61,706 nt of DNA, filler included, from Hausera hauseri (GCA_046269625.1; 13 parts of 13 records of this genome joined end to end with filler, not necessarily neighbours in it), one strand, 5' to 3'. Positions 1 through 14,057 are shown, numbered from the whole stretch's first letter. The notes: generated by a model from the sequence alone, not told the origin. Translations and numbers: made by a program.

Positions 1-1129
1 AAGATGCAACGATATTGCAAGAGATTTATAAAATTATTAAAAAAACAAACTTTGCAGAAAAGCAAAATATGACTTGCAATTTTTATCCAAGATTAAGAAA
101 CATCCGACTAAAAGGGATCCAATATTTAACAGATAAACCTATCAACAAGATTTCAATCCAGGATATCGAAGCCCTAGACATTTGTCCTGAACATAGAACA
201 ACCTTAGCGGAAACAATAAAATTCTTGCATAAACCACAAAAATGGATGGCCGGGACCGACCAGAATTACCATATCGAGCTGACACGGATCAGAAACAATC
301 GACGCATCAGTTTTGAGGAATCTAAGTTCATAAAGAAATTTCTCGATGTAATGGATCCTGACTCAAAAATCATAAATGATATGTACGAGTTAGCCTTTCT
401 ATTAGTAGAAATGGCAGAGATTACTGATAAGAAAATGAGGCAATTGATGCCCGAACTACAGCAAGTCGAAGAAACATGCATTAGAATCAAATAAAGAGTA
501 ACGAGGTTAGACGAACTAACAAAAGAATTTGAAATCTATCGGAACAAATATGCTTTTAACGAATCGAAAATTAAAAATAAGCGAGAATTTGTACAAAGAT
601 GGCAAATAGACGTAATTATTGAACTAACCGATTATCATCAAAAGGAGTTTATCAAATCTAACGAATTAAGCGAAATGCTAAAAATGATTCAGTGTTCCTG
701 TGGAAACGGAATAGGGTTTCGAACCACGCATATGAAGGAAATACAACCAAGGCTAAAAGAGATTCGAGAAAATTTACAAAAGGCAAGCACAATACTAGTG
801 GATCAGGGACTTCCAGATATTTGAAACGAACCAGAATAGGATGCGTATTTAGAAGTATTGGTGACCGAAAATCCTGTAACTCCGGTACAGCTGAACGAAA
901 TAGAAACGAGTTTACAAAATAGAAAGTTCAACGTGGAGATGCTCTTAGATTCAGCACTAACTGAAAAAGATCTAATTGAACTAATTGACGTAAGCATTGA
1001 TGAAAGCAAACTATGACAACTTATTCCGACCCTAACTAAATTATCCAGCGAAAGTACGGTTTTTAGCGCAGTGCCAAAACTTTTGATAAGGAAGTACGTT
1101 GAAATTTTGAGAGCTAAACCTGAAATGGC

Positions 1130-1355
1130 GATGAAAGTAATGATATCTTCTGAATGCATGGATGAGAAAGAATGTGAACTAACTACGTATTCCTATGTAA
1201 GAGACGTCAAAGAATGGTTGATAAGTAATGCTGGAACAAATGAGTTAAATTATAGATTCTACTTTAAAGGTAGAATACTAGACGATTTAGAATAGTTAAT
1301 AGATGTCGGGATTATCCCCGGCGAGACAAATTGGATAGTAGCAACAGTAGCGAAT
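1130..1355 (+). pseudogene. Internal ubiquitin-like domain (one in-frame stop)
   Basis: MKVMISSE..KECELTTYSYVRDVKEWLISNAG..NYRFYFKGRILDDLE*LIDVGIIPGETNWIV follows the beta-grasp pattern of ubiquitin ([29 protein letters not shown]). Confidence 0.65.
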
Positions 1356-2055
1356 GAACAGACTAAAGAAGAAGTCACACGAAAGGCTAAGACAGAACAG
1401 TGTGTAGGACAAGTCATGGGAGTCCGGGACGCTACAATGTATTTCGAGTATTTACAGACGGATGAGGACAAGGAACAATACGACAAGCATTTAGTATCAC
1501 TGAGTGAGACAGAAATGCCCAGTCGGTAGGTCTAGGAAGACACGGGAAGAAGCTGACTATAATGGCGAATTGATTAGGGAGTTAAGACAAATGTCATTTC
1601 CGACTTTCAGCACAGACAATGAAGAATTAAGCGATTTAATGAAGAATTTGATACGTATTGTGAATTATTCCAGTCTTCAAGGTGACACATTAGATGACAA
1701 AGAAAAAGCAATATTCAATACGGCCAGAATAATGAAAAGTTCACGTTTTAAAATATCAAAAAGTAATTTAAACGATAAATCGGTAATTGAAAGAATCATG
1801 GTAGAAAACACCACTGAAGAATTAAGAAAAGTATTAATATACTTAGCCATTAAAGTAAACCTGAATCGAGAAAATGCGATTGATAGAGCTATGAGCTTAG
1901 CACGAAGAGCGGCGAGAAGGCTACCTTGGGAAGTAAATTGGTTGAGATTATTCGACAAAGAAGAAGACAAACGGTTCGGCAATAGTAAAAAACTTGAGGA
2001 TATGTTACGTAAATTGGTGACAGCCGATAATAATAACCGGAAAAATGAATCAAAT

Positions 2056-4070
2056 TGGCTAATCAGTTTATTCACCTTGATGATGCTAATAAAACATATA
2101 GGTGCTGTTACTGTCTACGACTGTGATAAGTTTAAACTAGGACAGAAATACTCTCTAATGGATTTAGAAGTATGCGAAGATACCCGACCACACAAGTTGG
2201 AAACGAGAGAAATGTTATTTTCTGTACCAACAACAAGAATTGATATCGCTAGACGGAATGGAATGTATGTTGAGAAGGTCTCGTAGTATCTTCCATTGTC
2301 GGATGATACACGGACATTGTTCAATAATCAAACCAACAACTCCTCCAATTCCGATGAACTTAGAACGCCAGCACTGCAAACAGGCTAAGGAGACCGGGAG
2401 AGTACAATGGGACAGTATGGAATTAGAAATGCAACCAGGAAAAATAATTGGGGCATACAATGTAGTGATCAGAGGGTTAGACATGCATAAAGGACATTGT
2501 AACGGAATGGAATACGACACCGAAAAAGGATTAGAAGCAAACGTAGTGGTCGTGGATTTCCATGAATCAGAGATGCGAGCACAGAAAGTAATGTTTCTTA
2601 GTGTCACCAAACTATATACCGAGAATCAAAAATGTCATTTACAAGACGGAGCCTGTGATCTTAGAAGTTCTGTTATAATATAGATACATTTCTCTGTAAG
2701 AAGCTGTAATTTTGTCAAAATTAAGGAATTAAAGTTTATTGAAACTACCGGAAAGCGATATGTGGATAAATCTGATACCAACTGAAGGACACGCGAAGAC
2801 GTATCAGAACATCCTATGCCTACTATATTAATCTCTGATCAGTATGGACTAAAATTTGTTAAGAAAGAAATGATTTCTTGTTGTGAAATAGTGATGTTCG
2901 CTACTAACTATGAGGCGCTTTTCGTCGCAGAAACAGAAATAAATGCAAAGACTTACAAACTATAAACGTAGGATATCCGAACTGAGGATTATCTGAAAAA
3001 CAGAGACGATTATTTCTATTACAAAGGTCAAGTCCGAATAACCGAGTTATGTCATAAAATGATAACAAATGACTGCAAATTTGATATGGAAATTATGAAG
3101 ACAAAACTGGCTCTTATTTATGCTAATCGTGAGTTGGAATCCCCAATCATTACTATGAGGGAAGGAATTTTCGGCCGAGTAACTGGAGAAGTATTATTGA
3201 CTTGCGAATGTGAGAAAAGAGACGTACCGATCAACGTTGAAGAGAAACGTTGTATACAGGAACTTCCCCTTATCTACCAGAATACTCCAAGATTAGCTAC
3301 GCCGCTTACTAGAGTGTTAATAGATAATGCAACTGAACCAACAATCCTTAAAATTGTAAGGCGAGTTTAGGGGAACCCATGTTTAGACATAGTGAAACAG
3401 ATTGGGTTAGTCTCCCTAATGGAGGTATTACCTCTGTCCCAAGTAAACTAACAGGAACAAATCTTGCAAAAGGAATTACCGATGATAAGTTTCAGGATAC
3501 CTCACAAAAGGATACATACAGGCACTTTCGCGCTTTTCCTCGACAACGGACACATGAACTAAATTGAGCCATGGCCTCAGTAGTAGATGATATGTGCCAC
3601 CAAGCTAAGTGGTAATCCTTGCTCGGTGTAAACCATTATCAGCGAGTAACCACAGAAATACTCTACAGAATTTGGGGAAGATTTTTAATGTTCGGACAAG
3701 CTGCATCCGGATTTTTAGCAATATATTTCTTAATACAAATGATCAATGGAGTCATTCACGCACTAATAAATGGATATGGAATACTTACGCTGACCGGATT
3801 CTAATGCAAAATACTGACTGCAATTATAACGCCTTTTGGGGAGATTTTAAAGGCCTACGAAGAAAGCAGATGGAAATCTGACGTAGAACGTCACGTCAGA
3901 TACCGCAACCCTAAACGAAAAGGAAGACCCACGTTCTTATATAAGCGGAGAATCACAAAGCCTATTATACGAAGAGATGATTCAGATGATGACGAGCCTA
4001 AGGGAGGAGAAGTACTTGCAAAAACAGACAAACGCAAGACGTATTCCATCATTAAAGCACCATTACCTAT
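2056..4070 (+). pseudogene. Chuvirus-like (class III-type) envelope glycoprotein, copy 1
   Basis: Signal-like WLISLFTLMMLIKHIGA followed by VTVYDC..YSLMDLEVC, CMLRRSRSIFHC.MIHGH.S, GHCNG.EY and CHLQDGAC. Membrane region FGQAASGFLAIYFLIQMINGVIHALINGYGILTLTGF. Confidence 0.75.
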
Positions 4071-4170
4071 NNNNNNNNNNNNNNNNNNNNNNNNNNNNNN
4101 NNNNNNNNNNNNNNTTAATTAATTAANNNNNNNNNNNNNNNNNNNNNNNNNNNNNNNNNNNNNNNNNNNN
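4071..4170. other. Artificial contig linker (N-run, TTAATTAATTAA, N-run). The same linker occurs at 9380-9479, 13958-14057, 19305-19404, 24276-24375, 29179-29278, 35425-35524, 39718-39817, 44249-44348, 48290-48389, 52742-52841 and 57602-57701
   Basis: Identical 100-nt spacers with stops in all six frames. Flanking sequences are unrelated, so adjacency across linkers is meaningless. Confidence 0.98.
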
Positions 4171-4355
4171 CAATTTGAATGGATTCCAGAGGAAACACCA
4201 ATGGAAAAGAGAATTCGACATCTAACGTATTTGTCATATGAATTGTCTTCCATTGTGACAAAACTGAATCAGATTATTTCATCAGTCACCATTTGGATAA
4301 ATAAAGATTTGTAAATGTTATGTAAATAAATGTTTCCTTATGTTTTTCTCATTAA

Positions 4356-4600
4356 AGGGGTGGGAAATCCGCTTTGTTCCAGGGTAGGAAAACCGCTTTG
4401 TTCCGGGGTGGGAATAGTGAAACCCATTCGACACCAATGCTCTCTGATTGGTCCTCTACTCCTATTGGCTTACTTCCTTCCCCCCCGATAACGTGTCCTC
4501 TTCACATTCGCCAGTTTTCCTCCCCCTCGATGACGTGTTCTCCTCCTATTGGCTTCCTTCCTTCCCTGGGGGGGTTTGGGGAGAAGTCCTCCCTTCCAAC
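4356..4600 (+). repeat. 24-bp tandem repeat/polypurine tract followed by a probable LTR start
   Basis: GGGGTGGGAAATCCGCTTTGTTCC about 2.5 times, then TGAAACCC. A duplicated CTCCTATTGGCTT(A/C)CTTCCTTCCC (CCAAT-containing) motif follows. Confidence 0.4.
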
Positions 4601-4911
4601 TACTCACAGCCAACGGTAAGTAGGCAATCAATCTTAAAACAGTCAATACCTCATCATAATTCTCTTAACTATCACGTTTTACCTCGTAAACGTTCAAAGG
4701 ATAATGTCGGTAGTTAGTCACAACTCAATGTCGACAATCACGATTTCGTATCTTCAGTAAAATCACTAAACAACACCATTTACTCAAATAAGGTCTTTGC
4801 CACGACCGTTCTCCATCAAATCCCACTCGATTTCCCACCAACAATCAACCAACATTCACCAAGTACATCGGTTCATCGTTACTCCCAGTATTCCGACAAA
4901 TACCCGTTAAT

Positions 4912-7880
4912 TTGCAACAATTCATCAATACTTCTTGCCCTCGTATACTTCAGAGAGATCGGATTCTCATTCCTGTAAACAGCATTTACAATCACATAAT
5001 TAGACGACACCAAAGACCGATTCGTCAAAAAGTTCGTCCATTGTCACCGCGTCGCAAGAAGGCAGTAGAGGCGGAATTTTTGAACTCGAACAATCAGGTA
5101 TTGTTCGCATACCTAAATCCCGATGGTCTTCACCTCTCCACGTTGTCCAAACAAGATGGATTCTTAGGACCATGCGACGATTACCGCCAGCTTAATACTT
5201 TAACCATAATGGATGCATATCTACTACCACTGATCAAAGACATATTACATCGGCTTAATTCTACTACAGTTTATTCAATAATCGATTTAGCCAAAGCATA
5301 CCATCAAATTCTTATCGCGCCGGAAAACATCGAAAAAACTGCAGTCACCATATCTTTCGGCCTTTATAAGTATTCGTACATGCCTTTAGGTCTCCGGAAT
5401 GCTGCGCAGACCTTTCAGCGACACGTCGATTCCATTTTTTCGGACTTTCCTTTTGCCCATCCATATGTTGACGATATCTTGGTTGCTTCTTCTTCAATCA
5501 AAAAACACGAGGAACACCTACGCTCTATCTTCAAACGACTTAATGAGTTTAATTTGGAGATCAATTTTGCAAAATGTTACTTCTTCCAAAACGCCTTAAT
5601 TTTCTTGGACATATTATCTCATCAAACGGCAGTTCACCTCAGCCTGATTGAGTTGAGACTCTTATAAACGTCCAACTACCTAGGACAACCACAGAAATGC
5701 GCAGTTTTCTTAGTACCTTACATTTCGTCCGCAAATATATTCCATATTGTCCGGAACTCACGTCACCTTTTGCCCACTTAAGCGGAGGAAAAAAACACCA
5801 GAAAATTCAGTGGATACCACAGATGTTTGATAAGTTTGACAGGCTACGTGAAGGACTAAAGAATGTTGAAATACTAACATTTCCTAAGCCTTACGCTGAA
5901 CTAGTTTTGACCACAGATGCATCAAACATCGCAGTAGGCGCCGTATTACACCAGTTGTATAAAGGCGAAAATCAGTCCCTAGAATTATTTTCCCGAAAAT
6001 TAACGCCGCGCAAAACTAGTTATTCAACTTTCGATCGGGAACTTCTGTCAATAGTTCTTGCTTTAAGACATTTTCTCACTTACAGCTCATCATTTTGTTA
6101 TACAGACTGATCACAAACAGTTGATTAATATAATGGCAATGAAGCACCCTTCAACTCGACAAGAACGACAAATTTCACATTTATTCACGTTTAACTTTGA
6201 CATTAAACACATTGACGGTGTTGACAATCTAGTTGCCGATTCCCTATCTATATCAATCGGTTTAATTAATTTTTTGCCAATTTTTACTCAGACAAAACAG
6301 CAAGAAAATCAGCCATCCCAAAACATTCTAAAGTCGTTCAAGTCTCACCACATCGTTAATGGCGTGGCCTTATATACTTCCAAAGCAGAAAATTCTACAA
6401 TAATTCTTGCCCCATCTTTACACAAACAAGTATTTGATAGTGTATATTCATTACATCATCCTGATGCCAAGGCAACTTTTTGCTTACTTCAACGTCAGGT
6501 ACTTTGGCCGTCCATGCGCTCCGATGTGCAAGCATGGGTTAAAATGTGCGTGGTTTGTCAGAAATATAAAACTATAAAACATTTAAAACCACCATTATAC
6601 CACTTCCTTTGCACATCACGCTTTGAAACAGTACATATTGATATCGTCGGTCCTCTTCCAATAGACAACGGGCACCAATTTATTCTGACCATGATGAACC
6701 GTTCCTCACTATGGCCGGAAGTTATTCCACTGCGGAGTAAAAACACTGACACTATAGCCGATACTTTCATCCGTACGTGTATTAGTAGGTTCGGGTCTCT
6801 TTGTTATACCATCTCATACCAAAATCCACAATTCGAGTAAAATTTGTTTAAATCCTTAGTCAACCGATTGGGAATAAGCCACATTCATACAACACCTTAT
6901 CATCCCCAATCGAACGGCCTTTTCGAACGCTTCCACCTAGCATTGTAAACATCGCTTAGAATCCTTAAACAGTCCAACACTAATTGGACTACTCTTCTTC
7001 CGTTCGTTCTGCTTGGATGGCGGAACACCCCGTCTACTTCCACAGGATGCTCACCAACGGAAGCTTTATTCGGAACCCCTGTATGGTCACTGTTTGAACT
7101 AACCGATCTTGAAGAGACTCCTACAGACGAGAAAATACGAGCAGCACAGGATCACTTTGTAACAATCAGTAAAGATTCGTTCTGCATAATTTTACATAAC
7201 GACAAATCTTACATACCCGAAGACGTATACTCGACAAAGTTTGTATGTCTAAAAAACTTGACACCGTGTGGTTTCCAGCTACAGTACTTAGGATTTTATA
7301 AATTAGCGCAGTTACATTCACACAATGCTATTATTCTCAAAAACGGAAAAGAAGTTGTAGTGAATATTACTAATTTAAAACCCGCTTTTTACGTCGACAA
7401 TACCTCACCAACCGAAGCATCAACCCCATTCCTCACCCCTGTACCCACCTCTACCCCTACTTCAATTTCTCAGTCTACGACATATCATTTCGCTGCTCCT
7501 ATTTCTGTGCTTACATCGTCACCTACCAATCCCACTCCTCTCCATCTTTGCATTACCCTCTACTCTTACTTTCACCCCTCGTTCTGCTCCATACCCTATT
7601 TCTATACCTTTGTCTATTTCTACTTTACCTCCCAACTTATCACCTTCCAAAACTATCGCAGAAAACAGGAATAATTTACCTACAATCATCTCGTCTCTAT
7701 CTTCTGTATTATCGTCCCCAGATACAACACCAAATAATACTAAAACTAATGTTTTTTTTACCAAACCCAGTCAGCATTCAGACACTACGGTGAAAGTACA
7801 TCGAAAATCAGTCACATTCAGCACCTATAGTAGACAATTATATAACGATGGATTACAACGCCTCGTACGCACAAAACCTT
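4912..7880 (+). mobile_element. Ty3/gypsy (CsRn1-like) pol: RT-RNaseH-integrase, decayed; gag and protease missing
   Basis: IDLAKAYHQI, MPLGLRNAAQTFQR, YVDDIL, TTDASNIAVGAVL, YSTFDRELL, integrase HH..CxxC, VHIDIVGPLP, TTPYHPQSNG. Confidence 0.93.
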
Positions 7881-8811
7881 ATTATAACAGTTTGTTCTCG
7901 GGATTTTCTTTCAATCTTTTATTTACAGATTCATCTAGGCCACTGGAGATATTGTAGTGCCTATCACAAGCTATACTTCAATACAATGTAATCTTATTTT
8001 CTCGTGTTTTCCACGTGTAGCTTATGTATATAACTTTTTATGATATAGAGTGTTGTTAGTTGTTCTATATTGTGTAGGTTGTAACGTATTTTATGACGTT
8101 AGTTTATGTTATACATTTATAATGTTAATTTTTTTTTCAATGCTTTCCCATCATCATGCATGTGGTTACGTAATCCATGTAATTTTCTTATGTTTAACAA
8201 TGCTTATTAATAACATGAAAACTATTATAAGAAAAAACTGCGGGGGGTTTCTGGATAGAGACCGGATTCGCTTGATTTGACAATTTTACAATGTCAGCTA
8301 TCTTGCTATAAACGAACGACATCTAATACAAAAAACTTAACACCAATTTTACATGTGTTTCAATAAATATTTATAAGTCTAAACTGACTTTTCATTTGGA
8401 AAATTTAATGGGTACCAACGAAGAAAAGCGCACATCATTACTTACCATGCGTTACAATCTTTTCAAATTACCAAAAAATGATGATCTGTTGTTGGTGCAA
8501 AGAAATTTGACAAGTTACATTTCGATACACCAACAAAACTTGGTTAAAATTTTTGAGAATTTAAACTAATTTATTTACTCCGAAGGACCAGAGACCTATA
8601 CATTCGTATTTTTCACGAACTACAGGTCCTGACTAGAAATGAAGCAAAAATAAGATTACACCAAGGAAAGGTTACCACTGCAGTAATCACAACCTCAAGA
8701 CCCCCACACACGATATACTCACATTCAAAATTAGAGATAATATTAATATGTACAATAGCCCCCATAGTGATAGTAATAGGTATAATAATTACCATAAAAA
8801 TAGTTCGTTAC

Positions 8812-9379
8812 ATGTGACGATCGATAGCGCACATCAGTGCACATCTACTGGTGCAAGTGCAAGCGTGCAGCACTTGTGTAAGTGTGCAAAAATCAATAAT
8901 ATTGGATTTACGATAAAGCTAAAATCTATGATTAGCACTCGGCACCGGGTGCAATTGGTAGTGCATGAAGTTGTGTGTGAATGTGCAGTTAGAATTTAAA
9001 TCGATTGATTGGTTTTCGAATAATTTCCAAGTGGGGCAGAACCGCTACAGACCTTTCTGCCATAAATTTTAAATCAATAATCTCAAAATGGCACATGTAT
9101 AGACAGGTGCAGTAGACGATGCATTTTCGATCAGTGCACAGTTCGAGTGCGGTGTATTTATTGATCAGTGTGCAAGAGCACTTTTTCACTTTACGCACTT
9201 TTGCAATTGTGCAGCGTAGGATTGATGGAATTGATCTGGATCACGTGCAGACGGATAGAGCACATCGAGATGCACCTTTATAGGTGAGGTGCAGTGCAAA
9301 AGCATGTGTGCAAGTGTGCAAAAATCAATAATATCGAATTTCCGATATTTCCAATATGGATGATTAGCACTTGTGACCG
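8812..9379. repeat. GTGCA/TGCAC-rich interspersed repeat (MITE-like); related pieces at about 57710-57830 (inverted) and 59430-59590
   Basis: Internal repeats GTGTGCAAAAATCAATAAT..ATGATTAGCAC recur in three places on two contigs. Confidence 0.7.
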
Positions 9380-9479
9380 NNNNNNNNNNNNNNNNNNNNN
9401 NNNNNNNNNNNNNNNNNNNNNNNTTAATTAATTAANNNNNNNNNNNNNNNNNNNNNNNNNNNNNNNNNNNNNNNNNNNN

Positions 9480-12400
9480 GCATTAGATCGCAAATTGTTG
9501 CCGACTGTAACGCCGCAACAAAAGCTTATGGTATGCCAGAATAGGGTACAGCAAAAGGGTGAATCGGTAACCCAGTTCGCATTTGCGTTGAAGAAGCTTG
9601 CTAATAGTTATATTAGTACATTAAGGATAGCCAACGTAGCTAAAGCCAAGACAGATGCGGAACGTGACGCCACGGAGTAGGCCTCACCACCAGATTTAGA
9701 TGTTATAATGACGACTCAGCTAATAAATGGTATTTAATGACGAGACTTAGTTAAACAATTGATTTTGGCTAGACCTGAAAATTTTGAAGGAACGTTACGA
9801 CTATCTCAAGATTTAGAAATGGCGCTAGATAGAAACGCCAGATATAACAAGAGAAACGACAGGAATAACGACCGGAATGATAGAAATCGCAACGATAATT
9901 GCGGAAGAGGCGACAGACGATTTTCGTGGAATAGAAATAATAATGGCGGTTACAGAAATGGCAGAGGTAATAATTATACTAATACAAACATATCAGACTC
10001 TAATTGGGATAGGAATGGAGGAAATTGAAAAGGCTCGAATTACTCGAATCAAAACGGTGATAACCAAAATAACGAAAATAGACGAAGTGCCGAGAGTGTG
10101 CAAAATTTGTCAAATCAGTATGGTAAGGGTATAAATAGATCTAAGTCACCACTGAATGATGATGGTCGACAGAGAGTCGGCAGAAATGGGAATTTGGTCT
10201 GTTTTACTTGTGGTAAAGCAGGACACATTTTGAGGTCATGCCCAAATCCGCGTAGCGTTTCATTTACCGAATCAAATAAGACTAGTATGATTAAAACTAA
10301 CAAGAACTTAGAAGCAAAGTATGGCGTTCGTGGATATACAGGCACTATCATCGATATACAGGATTTGAGAAAATTCCTGGATGCTCAGCCAGACACTACG
10401 AACTTACAAATTTTGACGGCCAGAAGAGAATACGGGGATAAGTTGAGATTACTAGAAGTGTATCACGGCTTAGTAGAACCAGAAACTAAATACGAACACG
10501 TGATAGCACCCAAACGAAGTGAAATGACACGGAAAAAATGTATTCCAACAAGCACTAAACCATCTGATAAACTAGGCACATCGACGGCAGTCGAATTAGA
10601 CGCAGAGACTGAGTTTACAGCTGAAAAAGTAGCTAAGCTTACCGAAGATGATGCAGCAGAAAAAGAATTTATGGAACAGTTAATACTTAAAATTATGAAA
10701 AAGAGAAGCCAGAGCCCTTCATTAAAAGCGAAACGTAGAAGCCGTTCCCGCTCCAAAATAATCAGAGGGAAAATTGAAGGAACGGAAAAACCGAACGTCG
10801 TTGTAGGAGACGACACGGGTCCTAATCTGAATACACCATAAATTGGTTCACCTACAACCGTCAGAAAAGCGGAGTCTATAGAGTCAATTAACGAAATTAA
10901 CGAGATATGTCCACTTCATGCTAGTGAGGAAGAAACAACGAATACTGACGATTTCGATCCCAAGAAGTGGAAAGTCCGACACTCATGGAAAAACGCCAAG
11001 GAATTACGAAAAGTGAGAAATAAACTCTATGAGTCGGAAATCTTACAATGTGATCTAGAAAGGCTTAAACAAATCAGGTAACAGGTAGATATATCCGGAA
11101 AAGAGCAACAATACTCTGAAAAGTTATATAAAAGTTTGAAACTGCGTAGTGAGGGGAAATTTTCTGAGGAAACTGATTTAGAACAACCCGAAGAAGTCTC
11201 AACCGAAGTGTTGTTAAAATGGAAGCAGGAGTTAGAATCATGGATAAAAAGTGGAGTAGAATTTTCGAAAGGATGGAGTAAAAGTGAAGAGAGTGTTGAT
11301 GTAAAAATTACCAAGGCTCAAACGTTATTATCGACTTTGGAGGAAAAACCCAAAATTGAAGAGAGTAGTCCGTAATTTAGAAATTATGATGGATGAAATT
11401 CGATACGCAGTGTTTAAACGACTTAAGAAAAAACCGGTTAGTAATCGAACTAATATCGACTTAGTAGACATTTCCCCCTTAATGGGGATGATTAAACTCA
11501 CATTCGCCGTATATAGACGATATACGAATTTAGAGAATCGTATTAAAATAGAAAATAAAATACAAGCACAGATTTATGGTTTGAGAAATCTAATTATGTT
11601 CCCAAACAACGAGGAGACTCAAAACGTAATTAAGGCTTGTATCGTAGAATTGGACGAGTACAAGGATGAGTTCAGTTATGTCAGACGAGTTATGAATTTC
11701 TTAAAAGGACCAGACGACGAGTTAGAAGATGCTTATAATATGCTATATAAAGCCATAATTGCGAAACCTGTAATCGCAAATCAACTGCCGGAATGGTCCG
11801 AATTAGTAACCCGGCTGACAAATTGGTAAAAGACCGTAAAACACAATTTCCGCAAAGTGATCCAATGGTGAAGAAGCAATTAGAGAAAAGTCACACAATT
11901 TAGCCACGTTGCGAATAGAAATAGACATCCGTACTCAATTCGAAGCACTACGACAACTAAAATTTATGGAACCGGAACGGAAGCGTCGACGATGGAGGAA
12001 ATCTACAAATTGACCGAAGAAACCAACTTCACGGAGAAACGGTATATGATTTACGATGTAAATTCAAGGTTAAGAATTGTCCGACTAGAAGGGATTCAAT
12101 ACTTAACCGGGAAATCAATCGACGAAATTTCTGCACAAGAAATTGAAATCCTGAACATTTGTCCGGGGCATCAAGATACGCTAACGGATGCGGTAAAATT
12201 TTTGCACAGACCTCAAGAATGGATGGCCGGTTCAAACCAGAATTTCCATACCAAGTTGATAGAAATAGGAAATGACTTACATATTAGTTTTCAGGAGCAC
12301 AAGTTCGTAAAGAAATTATCGGATGCAATGGACCCTGATTTAAAGCTTATAAATGAGCTGTATGGGCTAGAATACTTATTAGTGGGAATGGCAGAAATTA

Positions 12401-13957
12401 GCAATGAGCAGTTGAAGCAGTTTATGCTCAAGATACAGAAAGTAGAAGAAATATGTATAAAGACAAAACAAAGAGAAACAAGGTTAGATGAAATAACAGA
12501 AGAGCTCGGGGTCTATCGTAATAGATATGCTTTTACCGAATCCGAGATTAAGAATAAACGAGAATTTGTACAAAGATGGCAAAAGGTAGTGATTCTTGAA
12601 TTAACAGATTATCACCAAAAAGGACTGATCGACTCTAACGAATTCGGTGAACTATTGAAAATAATTAAATATGCCTGCGGAAATGGAGTAGGTTTCCGAA
12701 CTACGAAAATGAAAGAAATACAGCCTAAATTAAAGGAAATTCGAGAGAACATTCAAAGAGCCAATACGGCTCTGGTGGACTACAGACTTCCAGATGTCGG
12801 AAACAAACCGGAATGGGATGCATACTTCGATGAGGTACTCGCCGGAAAAGCTACGACTCCAGTACAACTAAACGAAATACAAACATGTCCGCAGGACAGG
12901 AGGTTTAGTGTGGAGATGCTAATGGATTCAGCGTTAACTGAAAAGAATTTGAATGAGTTAATTAACGTAAATATTACTGAGAATAAATTACGACAACTCA
13001 TTCCAACTCCAATTAAATTATCTAGCCAAAACACGATTTATAGTACGGCGCCGAAACTTTTGATAAGGAAGTACGCTAAAATCTTGGGGGCTAGACCAGA
13101 AGTGATGATAAAGGTGATGGTGTCAACCGAATGGATGGACGAAAAGGAGTGCGAGTTGACTACACATTCCTACGTAAAGGACGTAAGAAAATGGCTGGTA
13201 AACAGTGGTGGAACAAGCGAGTTAAACTACAAATTTTATTTTAGAGGTAGAATATTAGATCACTTGGAACAATTAATAGACGTCGAGATTACTCCTGATG
13301 AAACGAATTGGATAGTGGTAGTAATAGTTAACGAACAGACAAAAGAAGTCGCTATACGTAAAGCTAAAACAGAACAATGCGTATGACAAATCATGGGAGT
13401 CCGAGACGCTGCACTATATTTTGAGTATTTACAAACGGACGGAGATAAAGAACAATACGATATAAATTTAGTACCACTAAGTGAAGCAACCACTAAAGGT
13501 TCAAGACCGAAACGCACAGTAGGCAGACCTAGAAAAGTGCGAGAAAAAGTGGATTACAATGGAGAGTTAATTAGAGAATTGAGGCAGATGTCGATTCCAA
13601 CCCTTAGCACTGAGAATGAGAAATTAAGCGAGTTAATGAGAAATTTAATACGAATTGTAAACTATTCTAGTCTTCGAGGTGATGTACTAAATGATAAAGA
13701 AAAGATAATATTTGATGCAGCTAAGATGATGCGAAGTTCGCGTTTTAAACTGTCGAAAAGCATTTTAACGGATGAATCGGTAATTTAAAAGATTATGGTA
13801 GAAAACACGAATGAGGAATTGAGAAAAGTATTGCTATACTTAGCTATCAAAATGAATCCTAATCGGGAGGGTGAAATCAATCGGGCTGTAAGCTTAGCAC
13901 GGGGAGCAGCAAAAAGAATGCATTGCGAAGTAAATTTGGCGAGACTAATTGACAAGG
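9480..13957 (+). mobile_element. Giant LTR retroelement, copy 2: gag C-terminus, zinc knuckle, orphan region, UBL, AT-hook
   Basis: Retrotransposon Gag motif RVQQKGESVTQFAFALKKLA, an N/R/G-rich linker and CFTCGKAGHILRSC (CCHC). ORF pieces at 9495, 9759, 10098 and 11136 share one frame; those at 11356, 11992, 13393 and 13795 share another. Confidence 0.88.
13105..13330 (+). CDS. Intact internal ubiquitin-like domain within the 11992-13386 ORF
   Basis: MIKVMVSTEWMDEKECELTTHSYVKDVRKWLVNSGGTSELNYKFYFRGRILDHLEQLIDVEITPDETNWIVVVIV, about 76 aa, with no terminal GG. Confidence 0.7.
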
Positions 13958-14057
13958 NNNNNNNNNNNNNNNNNNNNNNNNNNNNNNNNNNNNNNNNNNN
14001 NTTAATTAATTAANNNNNNNNNNNNNNNNNNNNNNNNNNNNNNNNNNNNNNNNNNNN

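Larger units (their letters stand above)
1..4070 (+). mobile_element. Giant envelope-bearing LTR retroelement, copy 1 (decayed internal fragment: orphan region, UBL, AT-hook remnant, glycoprotein)
   Basis: Collinear with and clearly homologous to 11992-13957 and 24451-28290. Contains several stops and frameshifts. Confidence 0.85.

Noticed and set aside
266-2610. Numerous antisense ORFs over the retroelement copies (also 10115-13517 and 24723-28780)
   Set aside because: Shadow frames of the plus-strand coding sequence with no independent motifs.
4071-4170. Recurrent TTAATTAATTAA flanked by Ns, resembling a regularly spaced repeat, and ORFs ending in 'LIN'
   Set aside because: Artificial concatenation linker; cross-contig gene neighbourhoods are not real.
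4356-4416. 24-bp direct repeats as a possible CRISPR array
   Set aside because: The repeats are contiguous with no unique spacers, there are no cas genes, and the context is eukaryotic.
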